Origin: Bryobacteraceae bacterium | GTDB lineage: Bacteria > Acidobacteriota > Terriglobia > Bryobacterales > Bryobacteraceae | Assembly: GCA_049969115.1 (NCBI GenBank) | Contig: JBMFPL010000001.1 | Coordinates: 1-29,736 of the forward strand | DNA: 29,736 nucleotides | Direction of reading: 5' to 3' | Translations under genes and position numbers: made by a program | The notes under the pieces: model-generated | What the model saw: only the letters and a program-made list of their open reading frames with translations | The model's database searches: none | What the model was told of the DNA's origin: nothing | Shown here: positions 1-8,538 of the stretch, piece by piece | How the letters are laid out: the number at the start of each line of letters is the position of its first letter | Position numbering within the stretch: position 1 is the stretch's first letter

Positions 1-1
1 C

Positions 2-487
2 AAGTCGCGGCCGAACTGGAGTTATCTTCTAGTGGGGAGAACGGCGCCGGAAGCGTCGGTCTTGCGAAACTTACCCAACGTGATCCTGCCGGGGCCCCAA
101 CCATATGAAAGCTTGCCGCGGTGGGCCTGCGTGTTTGACGTAGCCATTTTGCCTTATTTGCGGGACCGGCAGGGCTTGACGGCGAACCCGCTCAAGTTAC
201 GCGAGTATCTGGCTACGGGGAAGCCGGTAGTTTCGGTACCGACGCCCGCGGTAGAGCCGCTGGCTCACTGTGTGCGACTGGCGACCACCCCGCAAGAGTT
301 TCTCGACCAGATCGAGGACGCGCTGCGCAACGACACGCCGGGCGAGCGACGGGCCCGGCAAGCTGCGGTCGCGGGCATGAGCTGGGAAGCCCGTGTGGCC
401 GAGACTCTTGCCCTGATCCAGGAGGGACTGGCAAGGAAGAAGGCGCAGCGCGCCGGTGACGAGGCGCACACAGTCCGATCCCCATGA
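2..487 (+). CDS. GT4-type glycosyltransferase, C-terminal part (5' end is outside the window)
   Basis: Frame is open from base 2 (KSRPNWSYLLVGRTAP...). Motifs 'LPNVILPGPQPYESLP', 'FDVAILPY', 'NPLKLREYLATGKPVVS' (E-x7-E-like GT-B signature) and 'SWEARV' are typical of GT4 C-terminal domains. The stop overlaps the next ATG (ATGA at 484-487). Confidence 0.85.
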   Translation, partial: KSRPNWSYLLVGRTAPEASVLRNLPNVILPGPQPYESLPRWACVFDVAILPYLRDRQGLTANPLKLREYLATGKPVVSVPTPAVEPLAHCVRLATTPQEFLDQIEDALRNDTPGERRARQAAVAGMSWEARVAETLALIQEGLARKKAQRAGDEAHTVRSP

Positions 488-2547
488 ACACCCCGGGAAA
501 CCGCAAAAAGTTGCGAATCGGGTTGGTAGGAGCCGGTTATGTCAGCCGGCATCACATCGAGGCGCTGCAGCGGCTGCCGTTCGTAGAACTGGTGGGCATT
601 GCCGATCTGGAGCTGGACGTGGCCCGGAAAGTCGCGACCCGGTACGCGATTCCGCTAGCGTGCCGCGGCTTGGAGGAACTGGCCGGGCCGAATCCCGATG
701 CCGTATATGTGCTCACCCCACCCCACACTCACTGCGCGCTGGCGGTGCAGGCCATGGAGATGGGCTGCCACGTGCTGGTCGAAAAGCCGATGGCCGAGCG
801 GGTAGAAGATTGCGATCGCATGATCGCGTGTGCGCGCGAGCGAGGAAGGATCCTGTCCGTCAATCATTCGGACAAGTTCGATCCCGTGGTGGAGCGTGCG
901 CTGCACAGGGTGCGGGAGGGCGTGTGCGGAGAACTGATCGCGGTGGACATTATCCGCAGCTCGGCATACGCGCCTTACGCCGGGGGGCCACTGCCGGCCA
1001 TGTATTCGAAGGGATCTTTCCCGTTTCAGGACATCGGGGTGCACAGCCTGTACCTTCTGGAGAGCTTTCTCGGTCCTATTCAGGAGCTCGAGGTACGTTT
1101 CCGGTCCAGCGGGCGCGATCCGAATCTTTTGTTTGACGAATGGGCGGTAGAGGCTCGCTGCGCGCGCGGGTGGGGGCGCGCATTGCTCTCCTGGAACGTG
1201 CGGCCCATGCAGAACCGCATCAGCATCTACGGGACAGGTGGCGTGCTGCATGTGGACCGGTTCCTGCAAATCTGTACAGGGAGCCGGAACCTGCCGGGCC
1301 CGAAGTTCGTGCACATGGTCGCCTCGGCCATGCAGAATGCGGCTTACACGGGATGCGTGGTCCCGCTGAACGTGGCCCGATTTGCCACTGGGCGGCTGCC
1401 GCCATCGCCCGGGATCCGCGCGGGATCGGCGGCGTTTGCGCGTGCGCTGTACGAAGGGAGCGCGCCACCGGTAAGCGCAGAAGAGGGGCGGCGCATGGTG
1501 GAGCTGATGGAAAGGGCTTCAGGCGAGGCGGACCGCCAGTGGAGCGCCCGGCGACGAGCTGCGCTGACGCCACGCCCCGCAGCCGCGTATCTGGTGACGG
1601 GCGCCGCGGGGTTCGTGGGCAGGGCGCTGGTGAGAAAGTTGCGGGAGCGAGGGCGCACGGTGCGCGTGCTGGTGAGGCGCGTCGTTCCGGAATGGCAGAA
1701 CGATGAGCAAGTTCAGGTGGTGGTGGGCGACCTGGGAGATCCGGAGATCGTCCACAGCGCCGTAGCCGGCGTTGAGACGGTGTTCCACGTGGGGGCGGCG
1801 ATGAAAGGCCCGCGCGAGAGTTTCCAGGCCGGGACGGTTTGGGGCACGCGCAACATGGTGGAGGCATGCCTGGCACACAAGGTGCGGCGGCTGGTGCACG
1901 TCAGCTCGTTGACCGTGCTTGATCACGCGGGTCACCGAGCGGGAGCCGTGGTGACCGAATCCTGGAGGCTGGAGCCGCACCCCGAGCGTCGCGGCTGGTA
2001 CACGCAGACGAAGTTCGAGGCGGAACGTATAGTGCTGGAGGCCGTGAGCTCACAAGGTCTCGACGCCGTGATTCTCCGGCCGGGCCAGATATTCGGACCC
2101 GGGTCGGGCAACCTGGCGCCGGCGGGAACGATCGTGCTGGGCGGGCGGTGGTGGATCTGCGGCTCCGGTGATGCGCTGTTGCCGCTCATCTACGTGGACG
2201 ACGTGGCGGATGCGCTGCTACTGGCGGCGGATGCCAGAGTACCCGCAGGGAGCATCTTTCATCTGGCGGATCCGGCGCGCATTACCCAGCAGGAGTATGT
2301 GGAGGCCTGCCGGAAGGCGCCTGGTTTCAGAATCCGCGTTCATTATGTACCTCGCTGGATGCTGTTGCTGATGGCCACAGGGGCCGAATGGGTGGGGCGG
2401 GCCCTGAAGCGGGAACTGCCGCTATCGCGTTACCGCGTTCGCTCGCTGAAGCCGCTCGCTCCCGTTGACTGTTCGGCGGCGCGGCAAGCGCTGGGCTGGC
2501 AGCCGGGTGTGGGAGTGGAGCAAGGACTCAGGCTAACCTTCGGCTAG
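484..2547 (+). CDS. Fused Gfo/Idh/MocA oxidoreductase + NAD-dependent epimerase/dehydratase (extended SDR), 687 aa
   Basis: N-half has 'IGLVGAGYVS', 'HVLVEKPMA' and 'QDIGVH'. C-half has 'LVTGAAGFVG', 'VFHVGA', 'VHVSS', 'YTQTK' (YxxxK) and 'ILRPGQIFGPG'. One continuous frame. Confidence 0.88.
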   Translation: MNTPGNRKKLRIGLVGAGYVSRHHIEALQRLPFVELVGIADLELDVARKVATRYAIPLACRGLEELAGPNPDAVYVLTPPHTHCALAVQAMEMGCHVLVEKPMAERVEDCDRMIACARERGRILSVNHSDKFDPVVERALHRVREGVCGELIAVDIIRSSAYAPYAGGPLPAMYSKGSFPFQDIGVHSLYLLESFLGPIQELEVRFRSSGRDPNLLFDEWAVEARCARGWGRALLSWNVRPMQNRISIYGTGGVLHVDRFLQICTGSRNLPGPKFVHMVASAMQNAAYTGCVVPLNVARFATGRLPPSPGIRAGSAAFARALYEGSAPPVSAEEGRRMVELMERASGEADRQWSARRRAALTPRPAAAYLVTGAAGFVGRALVRKLRERGRTVRVLVRRVVPEWQNDEQVQVVVGDLGDPEIVHSAVAGVETVFHVGAAMKGPRESFQAGTVWGTRNMVEACLAHKVRRLVHVSSLTVLDHAGHRAGAVVTESWRLEPHPERRGWYTQTKFEAERIVLEAVSSQGLDAVILRPGQIFGPGSGNLAPAGTIVLGGRWWICGSGDALLPLIYVDDVADALLLAADARVPAGSIFHLADPARITQQEYVEACRKAPGFRIRVHYVPRWMLLLMATGAEWVGRALKRELPLSRYRVRSLKPLAPVDCSAARQALGWQPGVGVEQGLRLTFG

Positions 2548-2719
2548 GCGTGAGGTCCCGCGATGGGGAAGTAACAAAGGGGCGCTGCGAAGGCCGGCGA
2601 GCCTGGGGCATTGGCAAGCAGGAAGTTTTTTTTGACGAAGACGCGCCGATTCGCGGGCCGGCACGGGACTGATTGACGAGGCCTCAAACGGCTGACGGGG
2701 CCGCCTGCCAGGAGCTCCC

Positions 2720-4042
2720 GTGGGCCGCAAAGAGGGAGGTGGACAAAGGTTGCCCCTGCTAACTACGGTGGTGCTGGTAGCGGTGATGTACCTGTCGCCG
2801 GTGGAGCTGGCGCCGGCGCTAGCGCCCTACCGGCCGGTATTGATCCTGTGTTTGCTGGGGCTGCCGGCAGCCGCGCTGGCAGCGGTGGCGAATCGTTTCA
2901 GTTTCCGGGCGCCGCAAATTTACCTGTTGCTTGGCTTCGCAGCGGCGGTGGGAATGTCGCGCATTTACCAAGGATGGTTGGGAGGGGCTTTGCGAGCGTG
3001 GGAGGACCTCGGTCCCGCGCTGGCCAGTTTCTTCATGACCGCCATCGTGACCAGCCAGATCCGGCGGCAGAAGATCCTGGCTGCAACCCTGGTAGGGATC
3101 GCGATTTACCTGGTGGGGCAGGGGGCGCTGGCTTACCATTACGGCTTCCGCGAGGACCAGTTCATCATGCTGGACTGGGAAGAAAGCGCCGAGGGCGAGC
3201 TCCAGAAGACGCTGCGGCGGATTTGCGGGGCCGGTTTCTTGAACGACCCGAACGACCTGGCCCAGAACCTGCTGATTGCACTGGCGCTGTTGGGCGCCTT
3301 TTGGAGGCGCGGGCGTTGGCTGGGCAATACAGTGCTGGTCGTGGTTCCGGCTTTGTGGATACTGTACGGGCTTGGCCTGACGCGCTCGCGCGGCGGGGCC
3401 CTGGGCCTGGTGGTGCTCGTGGCGCTGGCGGTGCGGGACCGGTTGGGAAGGCTGGGTTCATGGATTGTCAGCGGCATGGTACTGGCGGGGATGCTGGCTG
3501 CGAACTTCGGGGGAGCGCGCGCCTTGTCCCTGCGGGCAGCCTCCATTTCCGGGCGGGTGGAGGCGTGGTCGGCGGGCTTGCAAATGTTGAAGCAATCGCC
3601 GCTGTTCGGGGTAGGATACCGGGCGTTCACGGACTATCACGAGATGACGGCGCACAATTCGTTCGTGCTCTGCTTCGCCGAGACGGGCATGCTGGGTTAC
3701 TTTTTCTGGCTAGGCCTGTTAGTGGCGACGGCGCGAGATCTTGCGGTTCTTGCCGGCCTGTCGGCTGCCGATCCTGCGCAAGCGGCGGTGCGTCACTGGG
3801 CCAGGACGGTACGGCTGGCTTACTATACCTTTCTGACGACGGCGTGGTTTCTTTCGCGGACCTACATTCCCACGCTGTACTTGCTGATCGCCATGGGAGT
3901 GGGGCTGAGGGAGATTGCGCAGCGGAACGGCTGGGTGAAACTGCCCGGACTGGACCAGAAATGGCTGGCGATGACAGTCATCTTTCAGGTATTGACCGTT
4001 ACGGCCGTGTACGCGGTGGCACGGTTGCGATGGATGCAGTAG
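2720..4042 (+). CDS. O-antigen ligase / Wzy-like polymerase family membrane protein
   Basis: Many hydrophobic segments plus 'FLNDPNDLA', 'TRSRGGALG', 'SPLFGVG' and 'AHNSFVLCFAETGMLG' (Wzy_C/WaaL-like). AGGAG precedes the GTG; an alternative TTG start lies at 2749. Confidence 0.85.
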   Translation: MGRKEGGGQRLPLLTTVVLVAVMYLSPVELAPALAPYRPVLILCLLGLPAAALAAVANRFSFRAPQIYLLLGFAAAVGMSRIYQGWLGGALRAWEDLGPALASFFMTAIVTSQIRRQKILAATLVGIAIYLVGQGALAYHYGFREDQFIMLDWEESAEGELQKTLRRICGAGFLNDPNDLAQNLLIALALLGAFWRRGRWLGNTVLVVVPALWILYGLGLTRSRGGALGLVVLVALAVRDRLGRLGSWIVSGMVLAGMLAANFGGARALSLRAASISGRVEAWSAGLQMLKQSPLFGVGYRAFTDYHEMTAHNSFVLCFAETGMLGYFFWLGLLVATARDLAVLAGLSAADPAQAAVRHWARTVRLAYYTFLTTAWFLSRTYIPTLYLLIAMGVGLREIAQRNGWVKLPGLDQKWLAMTVIFQVLTVTAVYAVARLRWMQ

Positions 4043-4046
4043 CGGG

Positions 4047-5642
4047 TCAGGGCTCCGGGGCCAGCCAAGAAATTGCGCGGTTGACAGACAAGCGGAGGGA
4101 AGCGGGCAGGCGGCCTGTCCACTCGCGCAGGCGTTCGCGGTCGTCCGGTTCGAGGACGCGGCAGAAGCGAAGGCCCAGCGCGTAGACCGCGATGGCGGCG
4201 AGCACGGCGAGAGGGGGAGCGAGAGGGCCGCGGAGGCGCTCCACCAGCACGAGCGCAGCGGCGCCTGCACAAGCGGCGGCGAGCAGGATGCGGGCGAAGG
4301 GGCGCAGCGGGAAGCGAGCCCGGAATCCCTGGAGCGCAGCGAGCCAGGCAAGAAAGGCCGCGGCAGTCTGGGCAGCACTGTTGGCGACGGCCGCGCCCAT
4401 CGCGCCGTGGTGAGGAATCAGCAGAAAGTTGAGCAGAAGATTGAGAGCCGCCGCGCCAATCATGAGCTCGAGCAAGAGGCCCTGGCGGCTGGCGGCGACG
4501 AGAAAATCCTGGGCGGGAAACATGAGCGCCTTGGCGCTGGCGAAGACCGCGAGGAGAGCGAGCACCGGGATGGCGGGAAGGAAACGGGGGCCGTAGAGAA
4601 TGCGGACGATGGGATCGCTCATGGCGCCGACGCCGAAGCTGATGGGCAGGGCTGCGACGGCCATGAGCCGGAAGGCGGCGATGGTAAGCGCGGCGGCGGA
4701 TTCGGCGTCTTTTCCGATGCGAACCATCACCGAAGCGCTGACGGCGCTGACGAAGGCGCGGGGAAGCAGCAAGAGCCGCTGGGTGATATTGAAACCGAGT
4801 GAGTAGAAGGCCACCTGGCGGATGTCGCAGAAATGCTTCAGAAAGAGCATCTCGGAGCGGTCCCAGACGACGATGTCAAGCACTTGCAGGAGGCTCGCCT
4901 GGGCGCAGAACCTGCGCAGGACGGGCTTGAAGGCGGCGGCAGTCACGGCTCCGGCGCTGCACGCAAAGCCGGCGCCAGCGGCAAGCCAGCGACGAGCGTG
5001 GCGTGCGGCGTAATGGCGCCGCAGGAGCAGGTCGGCGGTGCGCTCGAACAGCAACGCGCCAGCCAGGCCAGGTAAATCCCAGCCCATTGCGAGCGCGAGT
5101 GCAACCCCGCTCAGGCCGAGGGCCGTGGAGGCGAGGGAGGCTTTGACGTTGCCGGCAAAATCCTCCACGGCAATATTCACGGCCGAGTACATGGCCATTT
5201 GCATGGCGGGCGCCAGGCTGATTACGGCCAGGGAAGCGTAAAGCCGGTGCCCGGGGGGAACCTTCCAGGCGACGACGAGCAACCCCAGCAGGACGACCAG
5301 GAAAGCCATAAGGGACTGCCAGCGCGACGTCCAACGCCAGATGGCGCGTGCCGTGAGCGGATCGCCGCGCCCCAAGTATTCGGCCATGTACTTGCGCGTG
5401 GCGAGCGGCACTCCGAGGGAAGCGAGGCGATTAGCGATGTTGCAAATGAAAAGGACGTAGTTGTAGTAGCCGAGCTTGGCTGGGCCCAGCAGGCGCGCGA
5501 TGGCGATGGAGCCGATCAAGGCCGAGACGAGGCCGGCCACGGTATCAAGGGCGGCGAGGACGGAATTACGTGCGATGACCCGGGCTGGCGAGGCAGTAAG
5601 GCTGGCGGGTGGGGAGTCTACATTCCGTTCCTGCTTGCTCAA
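4047..5642 (-). CDS. Wzx-type polysaccharide flippase (PST/MOP family)
   Basis: About 14 hydrophobic segments, with 'IARLLGPAKLGYYNY', 'GVATRKYMAEY'-like 'GVPLATRKYMAEY', 'QVAFYSLGF' and 'LNLLLNFLLIPHHGAMGAAVA'. The TTG start overlaps the upstream stop (TTGA, 5642-5639). Confidence 0.85.
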   Translation of the reverse strand: MSKQERNVDSPPASLTASPARVIARNSVLAALDTVAGLVSALIGSIAIARLLGPAKLGYYNYVLFICNIANRLASLGVPLATRKYMAEYLGRGDPLTARAIWRWTSRWQSLMAFLVVLLGLLVVAWKVPPGHRLYASLAVISLAPAMQMAMYSAVNIAVEDFAGNVKASLASTALGLSGVALALAMGWDLPGLAGALLFERTADLLLRRHYAARHARRWLAAGAGFACSAGAVTAAAFKPVLRRFCAQASLLQVLDIVVWDRSEMLFLKHFCDIRQVAFYSLGFNITQRLLLLPRAFVSAVSASVMVRIGKDAESAAALTIAAFRLMAVAALPISFGVGAMSDPIVRILYGPRFLPAIPVLALLAVFASAKALMFPAQDFLVAASRQGLLLELMIGAAALNLLLNFLLIPHHGAMGAAVANSAAQTAAAFLAWLAALQGFRARFPLRPFARILLAAACAGAAALVLVERLRGPLAPPLAVLAAIAVYALGLRFCRVLEPDDRERLREWTGRLPASLRLSVNRAISWLAPEP

Positions 5643-7033
5643 CGCTGTTCACCGTCAAGGCCTTGTGAACGCAGGCCGGTGAATACCACTACAGGCTGGA
5701 GTTTGCCGGCCGGCCCCGGTGGGATTCGGGGCACCGGCTCGACAACCACGGTAACTTCGCCAAGCACCTGTCTAAGTTCGGAGCGCAACAGAGAGGCGCT
5801 GGACGGGGATAGATCCCGGGACAGGACGAGGAGGAGCCGGACGCGTTGGGGAGATTCCTGGCGGACCTGGTACTGGAGAATCTCAGGGAATTCCTTGAGT
5901 AAGTGGACAAAGAACAGGCCGCTGACGGTCCGGCCTCCGGGAAGCCGGATCAGATCGGTGGTGCGCCCGAGGACCGGTTCCATCAGAGGCAGGCCGCGGC
6001 CGCAGGAACAGGGGCGGTGGAGGACGCGGCTAGCGTCGCCGATGGCGTAGCGGATGAAGACCGTACCCAGGTTGTGCAGGTCGGTGACCAGAACGTCACC
6101 GGGTTGGTCGGGAACAGCAGAGACAGTCTCGACGACGAGGTTTTCGATGTTGAGGTGCAGGCCTTCGTGTCGCTCGCACTCGGCGCCGATGGACATAAAC
6201 TCGCGGGAGCCGTAGGTCTCAAAAACAGGCGCGCAAAATATCCCGGCCAAGTAACTGCGGACGCCGGGCGCGAGCGGTTCCGCGGCAGTGATGACGGCGC
6301 GCAGCGAAGGCAAAGAAAGCCTGTGCTGTTCGAGATAGCGCGCGAAGCCCACGAGACTGGAGACGTAACCCACAAGGTAGCGTGGATGAAAGCGCCGCGC
6401 CTTGCGGAACGCGGCCTGCCAGAGAGCGTCATGCTGGAGCCAGGTGGGAACGAGGAGGCGGCGCTGGAGCACAGCGTGAGCCCGGTCTTTCAACCGGCTT
6501 GCGCGTGACTGCGAAGACAAGGGGGCGGCCCAGAGGTACATGGTGCGCTCGCCGGGCCGGCAGCCGGACCAGGAGTAAGCCCGGTGGGTGGCGGCGAGTC
6601 GCCAGTCGTAGCTTTCCCAGGTGCGGTAAAAACGGACGGGAACACCGCTCGAGCCTCCGGTAGCGTGGGGCATTCTCTCCAGCTCGAGGGAGACCGGGTA
6701 GAGTTGCTCGCGGAACTGGTTCACTTCTTCACGAGTAAGTACAGGGAGTTTGCGAAAATCGTCCCAGGTTCGGATGTCCTCGAGGCGTGCCCCGGCCCGG
6801 GCGTATTTGCGCTGGTAAAAGGGGACTGAGCGGAAAGCAACGGCGAGGAGCTTTTGCAGTTCTCCCCACTGGAATTCGAGGAGCCGGTCGGTGGGCCACC
6901 ACTGGGACTGTTCAAGAAAGGGACGGATGCGGTGGTAAGAGCGGCGGCGCGCCATGCTGCCTAACGGGAAGACGACGGCTTCCAGCAGGCGGCTATAGAG
7001 ACTCACTGGAACCCCATTGTAAGCTTGGTTCAT
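5639..7033 (-). CDS. Phenylacetate-CoA ligase-like (PaaK/CapK family) adenylate-forming enzyme
   Basis: P-loop 'HATGGSSGVP', 'PVFETYGSREF', 'ECERHEGLH', 'FIRYAIGD', 'CSCGRG' and 'GRTTD'. ATG at 7033 preferred; the ORF track starts at TTG 7045. Confidence 0.85.
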   Translation of the reverse strand: MNQAYNGVPVSLYSRLLEAVVFPLGSMARRRSYHRIRPFLEQSQWWPTDRLLEFQWGELQKLLAVAFRSVPFYQRKYARAGARLEDIRTWDDFRKLPVLTREEVNQFREQLYPVSLELERMPHATGGSSGVPVRFYRTWESYDWRLAATHRAYSWSGCRPGERTMYLWAAPLSSQSRASRLKDRAHAVLQRRLLVPTWLQHDALWQAAFRKARRFHPRYLVGYVSSLVGFARYLEQHRLSLPSLRAVITAAEPLAPGVRSYLAGIFCAPVFETYGSREFMSIGAECERHEGLHLNIENLVVETVSAVPDQPGDVLVTDLHNLGTVFIRYAIGDASRVLHRPCSCGRGLPLMEPVLGRTTDLIRLPGGRTVSGLFFVHLLKEFPEILQYQVRQESPQRVRLLLVLSRDLSPSSASLLRSELRQVLGEVTVVVEPVPRIPPGPAGKLQPVVVFTGLRSQGLDGEQR

Positions 7034-7069
7034 CGCGGTTTTCAAAACTTGTCGGGGCGTGAGGCGCCA

Positions 7070-8161
7070 TCAGCGCTTGCGCCCCAGGGTCTGGCAGTAC
7101 AGACGGAAGTAATCGCCCGCCATACGTTCGAGGGTGAAGTGGCGGGCGTGGCAGTTGCGGGCTGCCTGGCCGAGGCTGAGACGCCGCTCCGCGTCCCGCG
7201 CCAGTTCCAGGATAGCCTGAGCGAAAGCATCAGGTCGGGAAGGAGGAACCAGACGCCCGGAGCCGCAGCACCGTATGACCTCGGGCATGCCGCCGACCTC
7301 AGTCACAATGGCCGGGAGACCGACCGCCATGGCCTCGAGCAGGGCGATGGGGACGCCCTCCGACAAGGAAGAGAGAACGAACACGTGGGAACGGGCCAGC
7401 CAGGGTCCCACATCGCTGCGCTCGCCAAGCAGTTCCACCCGGTTGCGCAGACCCAGCTCCGTGATGAGTTTTTCCAAACGGGGGCGTTCAGGACCGTCCC
7501 CAACGATCCACAAGGAAAGGCCAGGCAAGGCGGGGGCAGCCAGAGCCACCGCCCGCAGCAGATTGGCAAAGTCCTTGATGGGATCGAGGCGGGCCACGGT
7601 GACGAGACGGAAGGCGTTGGGATCCCCAGGCGCGTGGAGGACGCCCGGGGGGATAGAAGGGGCAGCGGCCCCGTTGAGGATGACGGTAAGCTTCGAAGGA
7701 CAAGCCCAGGGAGCGGAGGCCAAGCGTTGCGCGGCGGAACGGGAAACAGCCACGACGTGATCGCACAGTCGTGCCGCCAGCCAGAACTTGCGCTCGGTCG
7801 CTGCCGGGGAGAGGCTGCCGCCGTGGCGCGTGCTTATCACACAAGGGACGCGGGCGAGCCTGGCCGCGGGCGCGGCCAGCAGTGTGGGGCCTACATTGTG
7901 ACAGTGAACGACATCGGGCCGTGACTTGCGGAACAGACGGAACAGTTGCACCAGAGAACGAAGCGGCGCAGAAGATGCGTGCGAATGAACGGGGATACCG
8001 CGAGCGGTAAGTTCCTGCGCCGCGCGCCCCAGCCCGGCGACGGCGTGAGCGGCCACACGGTGCCCGGCGGCGGCCTGGTGGCCGGCGAGCCAGCAAAGAA
8101 GGGTTTCGGCGCCGCCGACCGTCAGCCCAGTAATCACGTGATGGATCGAGAGGGTGCGCAT
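7070..8161 (-). CDS. GT4 family glycosyltransferase
   Basis: 'HVITGLTVGGAE', 'PDVVHCH', 'VARLDPIKD', 'IVGDGPER' and 'SSLSEGVPIALLEAMAVGLPAIVTEVGG'. Start set at ATG 8161 (MRTLSIHH) because the 40-aa upstream extension in the ORF track is not protein-like. Confidence 0.9.
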   Translation of the reverse strand: MRTLSIHHVITGLTVGGAETLLCWLAGHQAAAGHRVAAHAVAGLGRAAQELTARGIPVHSHASSAPLRSLVQLFRLFRKSRPDVVHCHNVGPTLLAAPAARLARVPCVISTRHGGSLSPAATERKFWLAARLCDHVVAVSRSAAQRLASAPWACPSKLTVILNGAAAPSIPPGVLHAPGDPNAFRLVTVARLDPIKDFANLLRAVALAAPALPGLSLWIVGDGPERPRLEKLITELGLRNRVELLGERSDVGPWLARSHVFVLSSLSEGVPIALLEAMAVGLPAIVTEVGGMPEVIRCCGSGRLVPPSRPDAFAQAILELARDAERRLSLGQAARNCHARHFTLERMAGDYFRLYCQTLGRKR

Positions 8162-8538
8162 GCAGGGGTCACGCAGGTGGTAGGTCGCGAGCCAACCGGT
8201 TGGAGGCCAGGCTAAGGAAAGTTTGGCTCGGGGGCGCCAGGCTTGCGGGAGATTTCCAGCAGTAGCTGGGCAGCACGGCACGCGCCGGCGGCCCGAGGCG
8301 CGGGTTTCGGCGCAAGGTGCGGCGAAGGGCCTTCACGTGCGCAGTGTAGCAAACGGGGGTGGAGTAGCGAACGGGCGGCAGAAGGCAGGGTTCGACTTTG
8401 CGCAGCGGCCAAGCGAGTGGGGCGAGTCACGAGGCGTGTGTGGGCAGAAGTCCTTGAAAGTTCACGGATTAGAACGGCTTGCCGGGAAAGGAAGGTCGGG
8501 AGTGGCGAGTAGGCTGGCATCAGGAGGTTTTGCGCCCG

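Noticed and set aside
2611-2627. Sigma54 promoter at TTGGCA
   Set aside because: The required GC at -12 is absent (GT at that spacing).
2848-4185. 445-aa alternative-frame ORF
   Set aside because: It overlaps the ligase-like gene on the same strand, is Gly/Arg/Ala-rich with no motifs, and is a typical high-GC shadow frame.
8162-8538. ops/JUMPStart element or clear promoters in the divergent EPS/fibre intergenic region
   Set aside because: I found no GGCGGTAG-type match and no correctly spaced -35/-10 pair by eye.
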